Of a DNA stretch of 64,000 nt, positions 57,113 through 64,000 are shown one piece after another (the stretch's first letter is position 1; the number at the start of each line of letters is the position of its first letter). The notes under the pieces were generated by a model that was not told where the DNA came from, did no database searches, and was given only the letters and a program-made list of their open reading frames with translations. Source of the DNA: Candidatus Latescibacterota bacterium (GTDB lineage: Bacteria > Latescibacterota > UBA2968 > UBA8231). The stretch is taken from contig OZ241889.1 of assembly GCA_965203355.1 (NCBI GenBank), positions 192,001 through 256,000 of the forward strand. The letters are read 5' to 3'. Made by a program: the position numbers and the translations under genes.

Positions 57113-57144
57113 GGTGGCTCCCTTTTCCATACCGGAAGGACATC

Positions 57145-58020
57145 ATGGAAATCCAACCGCAACCGCAGATATTCGACGTCAATGAGCAAAACTTTGAAGA
57201 GCGGGTCCTCCAAGGCTCGTTAGAACGGGTCATCGTCGTCGATTTTTGGGCCCCTTGGTGCGGCCCTTGCAAGACTTTAGGCCCCATTCTCGAAGACGTC
57301 GTTACGTCGCTCGGCCCCGGCATAGCCCTAGCCAAGATCAACGTCGATGAAAACCAGCAACTCGCCATGGCCTTTCAAGTCCAGAGCATCCCCGCCGTCA
57401 AAATCGTCAAGAACGGCCAGCTAGCCCAAGAATTCACCGGCGCGCTACCCAAGGAGCAGATTGAAGCCATTCTCCGTCCCTTGGTTCCCGATGCTCCCAT
57501 CCCCGAAGCCGAGACAGTGCTTGACCAAGCCGACGACTTAGCGGCCCTCGGCGACCTCGACGGAGCAGCACACCAGTACGAGCAGGTGCTTGAGGAAAAT
57601 CCCACCGACGGCCCCGCCCTCCTCGGCTTGGCGAAAATTCACCTACGGCAGGGCCGCTTCGAGACCGTACGAGAACTAGTCAATCTCGTCGAGACGGACG
57701 CCTCCGAATACCCACAAGCCCAAGCACTGCTCACCCAAATCGAGTTTGCCCACCAGTGCCAGCAGGCTGGAGGCCGCGCCGCCTGTGCCCAGCGAGTGCT
57801 CGGTCAGCCAGACGACCCCGAGGCCCGTTACCTACTCGCCTGTTGCGCCGCCGCCGAGGGCGACTACGAAACCGCGTTGCAGGAATGGCTACACATCGTG
57901 GAAAAAAAAGCGCACGGCGACCCAGCCAAGGACGCCATGGTCGCCGTCTTCCACCTACTCGGCCGCGACAATCCGCTGGTAGCCAACTACCAGCGCAAGC
58001 TCTACCAAGCCCTGTACTGA
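57145..58020 (+). CDS. cnoX: Thioredoxin-TPR chaperedoxin (CnoX/YbbN family)
   Basis: DFWAPWCGPCK, TPR region, C-terminal YQRKLYQALY. Confidence 0.85.
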   Translation: MEIQPQPQIFDVNEQNFEERVLQGSLERVIVVDFWAPWCGPCKTLGPILEDVVTSLGPGIALAKINVDENQQLAMAFQVQSIPAVKIVKNGQLAQEFTGALPKEQIEAILRPLVPDAPIPEAETVLDQADDLAALGDLDGAAHQYEQVLEENPTDGPALLGLAKIHLRQGRFETVRELVNLVETDASEYPQAQALLTQIEFAHQCQQAGGRAACAQRVLGQPDDPEARYLLACCAAAEGDYETALQEWLHIVEKKAHGDPAKDAMVAVFHLLGRDNPLVANYQRKLYQALY

Positions 58021-58031
58021 GCGCGTCCCGC

Positions 58032-58802
58032 TTAGGCCGGAACCAGCGCCTGTGCGCCAAAGATCATCGGATAGCCCTCGCCCGTGCGCACCGAGCGCGC
58101 CGCTCCGTCCATATAGGCGATGCTAAAGGCGCGGCGCGACTGACCTGTCGGATTGATTCCCGAGCGGTGCAGCAGCAGGTTGTTGAGCAAAATCGCCTCG
58201 CCCGCCTCGGCTTCGAGCTCGATTTCCGCGCCCAGCGGCGCGTATTCGGCTAGCTGCTCTGCCGAAGGAAAGTGCCTTTCGGTGATCACTCCGTGCTTGT
58301 GGCTGCCGGGCACCACCTGCATACAGCCATTGGCCGCCGTCGCCGGATCGAGTGCCGTCCATACCGTGGTCGTCGGGTTGCAATCCACGCCCCAACCGAC
58401 GCCCACGTCTTGATGCCAAGGCAGTATCGTGCCCTTTTCCGCCGGCTTGTTCATAAACATCGCCCGGAAAATCGACACGTCCTCGCCGATATAGCGCCGG
58501 GTGATCTGGCGGAAGAGCGGGTGCTGCATGTAGGCGAGATAAACCGGGTCCTGCTCCAAACCCATGATCTTGCGGTACTGGAGCGTGGTGCCCTTGTGGC
58601 CGACAGAGACGACGGGCATCTTCGCGTAGTCGGCGTCCTCGCCGTCGAGTTGAAAGTCCATCTCCGGGTAGGCTATCTCGCCGAGCATGATCGCGTCAAT
58701 GCGCTGCTGTAGTTCGGCCAATCCCGCGTCGTCGAGTACCTTGCCGAGCCGCACGTAGCCGTGCTCCTCAAAGTGGGCGTGCTGTGCGTCGCTGTATTCC
58801 AT
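58032..58802 (-). CDS. PhyH-family Fe(II)/2-oxoglutarate dioxygenase
   Basis: WHQD, WTALD.AT..NGCM.V.PGSH, HRSG.N....RR. Confidence 0.9.
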   Translation of the reverse strand: MEYSDAQHAHFEEHGYVRLGKVLDDAGLAELQQRIDAIMLGEIAYPEMDFQLDGEDADYAKMPVVSVGHKGTTLQYRKIMGLEQDPVYLAYMQHPLFRQITRRYIGEDVSIFRAMFMNKPAEKGTILPWHQDVGVGWGVDCNPTTTVWTALDPATAANGCMQVVPGSHKHGVITERHFPSAEQLAEYAPLGAEIELEAEAGEAILLNNLLLHRSGINPTGQSRRAFSIAYMDGAARSVRTGEGYPMIFGAQALVPA

Positions 58803-58913
58803 TAGATATTTTCCTCCGTTGCCCTAAGAAATGAGCAATGTTTTCCCCGGGGTCAAATTTCCCTACCTTATCCGGCCCGTGCTTCTACAAGTACGAAATG
58901 CAGCAGATAGTAG

Positions 58914-60002
58914 ATGAGAAAGGAATCACACATGAAGACGTCCGATCCATTTGAACAAGGTCTCGCCGCCGGTGAGGCCGCGGCTTCGGCCACCAAAGTC
59001 GCATCGACAACATCGGCCCATGGCGGGCGCATGTACGTGCGCACCCAAGGTTTTGGGTCAACGGATGCCGAGTTGCGCTTTTTGCAGCGCTGTGGCGTGC
59101 GCCACAAGGCCGCCAATTTTCCCTTCCACCCCGACCGGGGCTGGGATCTCGACGAGTTGATCCGGGAAAGAGAGCACCACGAGGCCTTTGGGCTGACACT
59201 GGATATGAGCTTGCTACCGATATATCAGCATTTTCCCAACATCATCTACTTTGGCAAAAGCCCGGAGCGCGACCGAGAAATCGACCTCGTATGCGAAATG
59301 ATCCGAACCGCTTCGCACGCCGGCATCGATTCTCTGCGCTATAACACTTGCATCCTGCCCATCGACCGCACCCAGCAAGAAGAAGGGCGCGGCGGCTACT
59401 ATCACACTGCGTTCCGCCTCGACAAGGTCCCGGCGGAAGAACAGGCCAAGCTGACTGAGGTCGGGCGCGTCACCGCAGACATGCACTGGGAACGAATTGA
59501 GTACCTGCTCGAACGCATGATTCCGGTGGCAGAAGAATTCAAGGTCCGAATGGGCAATTCTCAAGAAGACCCAGCCACACCGTCCGGCTACAAAGGCGTC
59601 GACAAAGTCCTCAATGACTTTGAGGGCATGCAGCGTTTTATCGAGATTCAGCGCAGTCCGTATCACGGCTGGAACTTCTGCGTCGGCTCCATCGCTGAAG
59701 GACTCGAAGATCCGGCCCACGAAATCTACCCCATCATAGAGTACTTTGGCCGCCGCAATACGATCTTCCTCGTTCACTATCGCAACCTCCTCGGGGGACG
59801 CTATAGCTTCCGCGAGGCACTGCCCGACGAAGGCGATATGGACTTCCACCGGGTATTAAAGGCCCTCAAGGACACCGGCTACTGCTACGGCATTGATCCC
59901 GACCACGTTCCGCGCACCGACGACGATCCAAAGGGCTATTATCAGTCCTATGCGTACTGCTTCGGCTACATCAATGCCATGATTCAGGCGATCTACGGTT
60001 AG
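58914..60002 (+). CDS. Mannonate dehydratase (UxuA)-like protein
   Basis: RDREID, FCVG, VHYRN, DEGDMD, PDHVP; HPDDP replaced by SQEDP. Start may be 58932. Confidence 0.8.
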   Translation: MRKESHMKTSDPFEQGLAAGEAAASATKVASTTSAHGGRMYVRTQGFGSTDAELRFLQRCGVRHKAANFPFHPDRGWDLDELIREREHHEAFGLTLDMSLLPIYQHFPNIIYFGKSPERDREIDLVCEMIRTASHAGIDSLRYNTCILPIDRTQQEEGRGGYYHTAFRLDKVPAEEQAKLTEVGRVTADMHWERIEYLLERMIPVAEEFKVRMGNSQEDPATPSGYKGVDKVLNDFEGMQRFIEIQRSPYHGWNFCVGSIAEGLEDPAHEIYPIIEYFGRRNTIFLVHYRNLLGGRYSFREALPDEGDMDFHRVLKALKDTGYCYGIDPDHVPRTDDDPKGYYQSYAYCFGYINAMIQAIYG

Positions 60003-60027
60003 TGTCAAGGGACAATAGTACGGGCGA

Positions 60028-60204
60028 TTAATTTTCGGGGGGCCATTCCCGGCTGCTATCTCGCTCAATCCAATCGTTGATAGTCTGGTACCTGTCAACG
60101 GCCCTTTTGTAATCCGTCCGGCTGAGCTGGACGCGGATAGCCACGTCAGCCAGCAGAATATCTGTCGATTCGGTCAGTTGCGGTGGAATAGTCCTAGTCT
60201 TCAT
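60028..60204 (-). pseudogene. Truncated CBASS-type (CD-NTase/SMODS) nucleotidyltransferase, N-terminal 58 aa
   Basis: MKTRTIPPQLTESTDILLADVAIRVQLSRTDYKRAVDRYQTINDWIERDSS...; matches, from my recall of the family, the spine helix of bacterial cGAS/DncV-like enzymes and stops just before the expected QGS active-site loop. AAGGAG RBS. Not in ORF track. Confidence 0.65.
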
Positions 60205-60256
60205 TTTAGACTCCTTGTTTGTGCCGTCGGCACAGAAGGCATTTCCCGTGGTCGCA

Positions 60257-60293
60257 GTTTATATATTGTGGGATAATCTATATCTTTGTAAAT
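60257..60293 (-). promoter_or_regulatory. Putative operator/promoter of the CD-NTase remnant
   Basis: GTTTATATA-N19-TTTGTAAAT (plus strand); minus strand reads TTTACA-N16-CACAAT. Confidence 0.5.
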
Positions 60294-60415
60294 TGCAATA
60301 ACCTCATCTACATATAGAGCAAGCGCAGAAATTTTGTTCCACGATTTCCTTTTTCTCCTATCTAGAGAATGCTGCTGTGATGGTCATCGTCAGATGACAA
60401 AAATCAGCCCTACTT

Positions 60416-60452
60416 GTTTACAATACGATAAATATATCTTATAATTGTAAAC
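60416..60452 (+). promoter_or_regulatory. sigma70 promoter with overlapping inverted-repeat operator
   Basis: TTTACA-N17-TATAAT embedded in the perfect IR GTTTACAAT-N19-ATTGTAAAC. Confidence 0.7.
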
Positions 60453-60465
60453 TTTCAATAGGAGA

Positions 60466-61614
60466 ATGCCGTCCATGCTAGGACAAAGGCTCAAGCTCGC
60501 TCGCTCTGCCGCCGGCCTGTCCCTTCGCGGCTTAGAGGAACGCATTGGCAATCGCGTAACAGCGCAGGCGATCGGCAAGTACGAGCGCGACGAATCCCTG
60601 CCAAGCTCGGGCGTCCTTATTGCGCTAGCCGACGCCCTCTCAGTCCCCGTGTCCTACTTGGTCGAAGACCAAGAAATGGCACTGGAGAGCCTTGAGTTTC
60701 GCAAGCAAAAGCTCACAAGCAAGCGAGAAGTGATGCAGGTCGAAGCCAAAGTTTTACACCTGTTGGAACGCTACCTCATGGTCGAGGAGTTTCTCGGCTT
60801 GCCGAGCCTCAACTGGGACAAACCACGCGAAGTTCCTTATCCCGTCGTCAGCGATCCCGCGGAGGCCGACCGCGCCGCTCACAGTCTTCGCCTTCACTGG
60901 GATTTAGGGCTCGACCCTATTCCCAATCTAGTCGAGTTGCTGGAAGAACGCGGCATCAAGGTGCTCTCTTCTGCTCTTGAAAATATCGACGGCCTGATGG
61001 CGCGAGTGCGCCGCGCCGACAAGGGCGTTGTGCCCGTTCTCGTCATCAACGACAGCCACTGGGGGGAACGACAGCGTCTCACAATGGCTCACGAGTTGGG
61101 GCATATGGTCTTGGCGGTTGGTCCAAAGGTAGATGACGAGACGGCTGCCTTCCGTTTCGCCGGGGCATTCCTCATGCCCGCTGAGGTGCTGTGGGCTGCA
61201 ATCGGCAAGCACCGCACGTCCACCGGATGGAGCGAACTTTTCGCCCTCAAGCAGCTATTCGGCGTAAGCGTTCAGGCCCTGACCTATCGATGCAAGGATC
61301 TCGGTATCTTCAGCCCAACCCTGTTTCGGCGGCTATTGCGCGAATTTTCCCGTTTGGGCTGGCGCAAGCCGCCCTATCGGGAGCCTTACGCTATGCCGGG
61401 CGAGATCCCCCGGCGTTTTGAGCGCCTGTGCTTCCGCGCCTTGGCCGAAGGCGCAGTATCCGAGGCCAAGGCCGCCGAGCTACTAGAAATCTCAGTCCAC
61501 AAGTTGAACCAGCGCATGGAGGAGCCGCCAGACTTGGAGTGTGATGAAGCCCATGAAAATGCAAGTCTCCGACACGTCCATCCTGATCGATCTCGAACGC
61601 GGTTCATTGCTTGA
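60466..61614 (+). CDS. XRE HTH - ImmA/IrrE (M78) metallopeptidase fusion
   Basis: RLKLAR..AGLS...AIGKYERD HTH; linker LEFRK; RQRLTMAHELGH (HExxH); A.RFAGAFLMP; FGVSVQA. Confidence 0.92.
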   Translation: MPSMLGQRLKLARSAAGLSLRGLEERIGNRVTAQAIGKYERDESLPSSGVLIALADALSVPVSYLVEDQEMALESLEFRKQKLTSKREVMQVEAKVLHLLERYLMVEEFLGLPSLNWDKPREVPYPVVSDPAEADRAAHSLRLHWDLGLDPIPNLVELLEERGIKVLSSALENIDGLMARVRRADKGVVPVLVINDSHWGERQRLTMAHELGHMVLAVGPKVDDETAAFRFAGAFLMPAEVLWAAIGKHRTSTGWSELFALKQLFGVSVQALTYRCKDLGIFSPTLFRRLLREFSRLGWRKPPYREPYAMPGEIPRRFERLCFRALAEGAVSEAKAAELLEISVHKLNQRMEEPPDLECDEAHENASLRHVHPDRSRTRFIA

Positions 61615-62053
61615 AACTTGCTTCCGCCTCCCGTTCCAGTTTGCCGTCCCGGACCTTTTGTACGAACGAGAACTAAAAAACCACGGAGGCGATAATCTGC
61701 TCAGGCTCGGCCTACGCATCGAGGAACTAGATAGCATCGGCGTCAATTGTGCCCTTCGCTACCGACGCGAGCAACCGCTGATTTCGCTACCGGACAGTTT
61801 TGCTCTTGCCCTTGCGGCAAGGAATGCTTGGGCCTTACTCACGGGTGATGGTGCGCTCCGTGGGTTAGCCAACAAAGAGTGCGTCAATTGTCACGGTGTT
61901 TTGTGGCTGCTAGATCGGATGTTTGAGCTTTCCGCTGCCAGCGCAAATGAGCTACATGCAGGTCTTGAAGCAATCAGCACTCACCCGCGCTGTAGGCTGC
62001 CCAAGGCAGAAATCCGCAAGCGGCTCGGGCACTGGCGACCGGAGTCTCACTAA
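61541..62053 (+). CDS. PIN-domain protein (putative RNase toxin)
   Basis: VSDTSILIDL, ..E.., DSFALALA, LLTGDGALR acidic PIN residues; overlaps the end of the XRE-peptidase gene. Confidence 0.82.
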   Translation: MMKPMKMQVSDTSILIDLERGSLLETCFRLPFQFAVPDLLYERELKNHGGDNLLRLGLRIEELDSIGVNCALRYRREQPLISLPDSFALALAARNAWALLTGDGALRGLANKECVNCHGVLWLLDRMFELSAASANELHAGLEAISTHPRCRLPKAEIRKRLGHWRPESH

Positions 62054-62067
62054 AGGATATATACACT

Positions 62068-63447
62068 ATGAACCGCCCCAACATCGTCTTCATCCTCAGC
62101 GACGACCAAGGCCCTTGGGCCGCCGGCTGTTACGGCAACGCGGAAATCCGCACCCCAGCCATTGACCGCATCGCTCAGACCGGCATGCGCTTTGACAATT
62201 TCTTCGTCGCCACGCCGGTCTGCTCGCCCAGCCGTGCGACCTTTTTGACCGGGCGGATTCCCTCGCAGCACGGGGTCCACGACTGGATCAGAGAGGGCAA
62301 CATCGGCGAGTCCGCAGCCGCCTATCTCGCCGGCGAGGTGGCTTACACCGACATCCTCGCTGACAATGGCTGGGTCTGCGGCCTGAGCGGCAAGTGGCAC
62401 CTCGGGCACAGCCAACTCGCGCAGCACGGCTTCTCGCATTGGTACGTGCATCAGCAGGGCGGTGGGCCGTACAACGACGCGCCCATGATCCGCGATGGCG
62501 AGCTAATCACCGAGCCGGGCTACGTGACCACGGCGATCACCAACGACGCGCTGGCGTTTATCGACCGGCACGCCGACGGCAACGCGCCCTTTTACCTAGG
62601 CGTCCATTACACGGCACCCCATAGCCCGTGGACTGGCCACCCACGGGAAATCGTCGATTCCTACGACAACTGCGCGTTCGCCTCCTGTCCGCAGGAAGCG
62701 ATCCACCCTTGGGCGGTGGGCCACGCGCTGAGCGAGAATTGCCTAGGCAACCGCGAGATGCTCAAGGGCTATTTCGCGGCGGTGACGGCCATGGACCGCG
62801 ATATGGGGCGGATCATCGACAAGCTGGAGGAAAAAGGGCTGCGCGACGACACGCTGGTGGTCTTCACCAGCGACAATGGCTTTAGCTGCGGCCACCACGG
62901 TTTCTGGGGCAAGGGCAACGGTACGTATCCGCCGAACATGTACGAGAATTCGATCAAGGTGCCCTTTGTCGTTAGCCACCCCAGCCGCATCCCGGGGGAG
63001 AGCGTCCAACACGGCATGGTCAGCGCCTACGACTTTATGCCAACCTTGCTCGACTATCTGGGACTACCACTACCAGAGGCCGCCAATTTTCCCGGACAAA
63101 GCGCGCGGCCCCTGTTGTTGGGAGAGGGCGACACGGGTCGGCAGGAGGTAATCATCTACGACGAGTACGGCGTGACGCGGATGATGCGCACCGAAGAGTG
63201 GAAATACATCGACCGCTATCCAGCGGGACCGCACGAACTCTACGACCTAGCCAACGACCCGGACGAGCGCGCCAATCTGGCGGACGACCCCAGCCAGGCC
63301 GAGCGGATCGGCGGCCTGAAGCAACGGCTGGAGGATTGGTACCAACGCTACGTAGTGCCCGAGCGCGACGGCCGCACCTTCGCGGTGACGGGCAAGGGAC
63401 AGCTCAGGCCGGTGGGCGATGGCACCCAACCTTTTGTGCAGGAGTAG
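62068..63447 (+). CDS. Arylsulfatase/choline-sulfatase-like sulfatase
   Basis: PNIVFILSDD, CSPSR formylglycine motif, GKWHLG, SDNG, ELYDL.NDP.E. Confidence 0.93.
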   Translation: MNRPNIVFILSDDQGPWAAGCYGNAEIRTPAIDRIAQTGMRFDNFFVATPVCSPSRATFLTGRIPSQHGVHDWIREGNIGESAAAYLAGEVAYTDILADNGWVCGLSGKWHLGHSQLAQHGFSHWYVHQQGGGPYNDAPMIRDGELITEPGYVTTAITNDALAFIDRHADGNAPFYLGVHYTAPHSPWTGHPREIVDSYDNCAFASCPQEAIHPWAVGHALSENCLGNREMLKGYFAAVTAMDRDMGRIIDKLEEKGLRDDTLVVFTSDNGFSCGHHGFWGKGNGTYPPNMYENSIKVPFVVSHPSRIPGESVQHGMVSAYDFMPTLLDYLGLPLPEAANFPGQSARPLLLGEGDTGRQEVIIYDEYGVTRMMRTEEWKYIDRYPAGPHELYDLANDPDERANLADDPSQAERIGGLKQRLEDWYQRYVVPERDGRTFAVTGKGQLRPVGDGTQPFVQE

Positions 63448-63509
63448 CGAGCCGCAACTCCGGGCGCCTGTCGATCATCCTCCGAGCCCCGATCAACCCC
63501 ACGCGATAT

Positions 63510-64000
63510 TTAGCGCGCACGCGCCCACAGCCACCCCAGCGTCCCTGCTACCGCCAGCAAAAAGGGCACCGCCAAGTGATTGAGCCGGTCCCAGCCCAGC
63601 ATACCCTCCAAAGGTGCCGCCCCGAAACTGGTCAACACCATCAGACCAAAGACTAAAAAATCATTGCACGATTGCACCCGCGCCTTTTCCTCGGGCCGGT
63701 GTGTCATCGCCAACAGCGACGTCGCCCCTACGAAAAGAAAGTTCCACCCCACGCCCAATAGTACCAACCCGACCGCGTAGTGATACAGCCCGACACCGCT
63801 CAAATTGACCGCAATGGAGCAGCCAAGCAGCACAATCCCAGAGAACATGATCCGATGCTCGCCCCAACGCGAGATTAGGTGTCCAGTAAAAAAAGACGGC
63901 ACGTACATGCCCAATACATGCCACTGAATGACCCAAGCCGTATCGGCAAAAGAATGCAAATGCCGCTTCATCGCCAGCGGCGTGGCATTCATCAACAGCG
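63510..64000 (-). CDS. MFS transporter (3' part; 5' end outside window)
   Basis: MNATPLAM, HVLGMYVPSFFTG, LLGVGWNFLFVGAT TM helices. Confidence 0.85.
   Translation of the reverse strand, partial: LLMNATPLAMKRHLHSFADTAWVIQWHVLGMYVPSFFTGHLISRWGEHRIMFSGIVLLGCSIAVNLSGVGLYHYAVGLVLLGVGWNFLFVGATSLLAMTHRPEEKARVQSCNDFLVFGLMVLTSFGAAPLEGMLGWDRLNHLAVPFLLAVAGTLGWLWARAR

Noticed and set aside
1-64000. tRNA (including tRNA-Sec), rRNA, riboswitches, transposases, integrases
   Set aside because: None recognisable in the intergenic regions or ORFs by eye; a covariance-model scan would be needed to exclude small ncRNAs.

Overview
GC-rich bacterial chromosome segment from a diderm. Gene content (FlgD-like/T9SS-type C-terminal-domain proteins, PhyH, sulfatase, Gfo/Idh/MocA and UxuA-like enzymes, small coiled-coil membrane proteins) resembles host-associated Latescibacterota/Gemmatimonadota-type genomes, but that placement is inference. 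Bases 1-40 kb are almost entirely minus-strand. They hold pyrB, fabZ, skp, bamA, clpC-mcsB-mcsA, lolD, lolC/E, frameshifted prfB, lolA, ftsK, tsaD, moaDE and hisGDB, plus a surface-protein island at 24-37 kb (two CTD-bearing cohesin/dockerin-like proteins, a poly-G tract, a tandem array of TM-coiled-coil genes, and YfhO and GT4 glycosyltransferases). Bases 41-64 kb are mixed metabolic and transport genes. The ORF track misses several elements: a CxxU SelW/Rdx selenoprotein, the Sec-containing N-terminus of SelD (both with a similar putative SECIS), a 38-aa basic ORF, and a 58-aa remnant resembling the N-terminus of a CBASS CD-NTase. That remnant is divergent from an XRE-ImmA/IrrE fusion plus PIN gene, and both promoters carry the same inverted-repeat architecture, suggesting a decayed, damage-inducible defence locus. 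No rRNA, tRNA, CRISPR array or intact IS was found.
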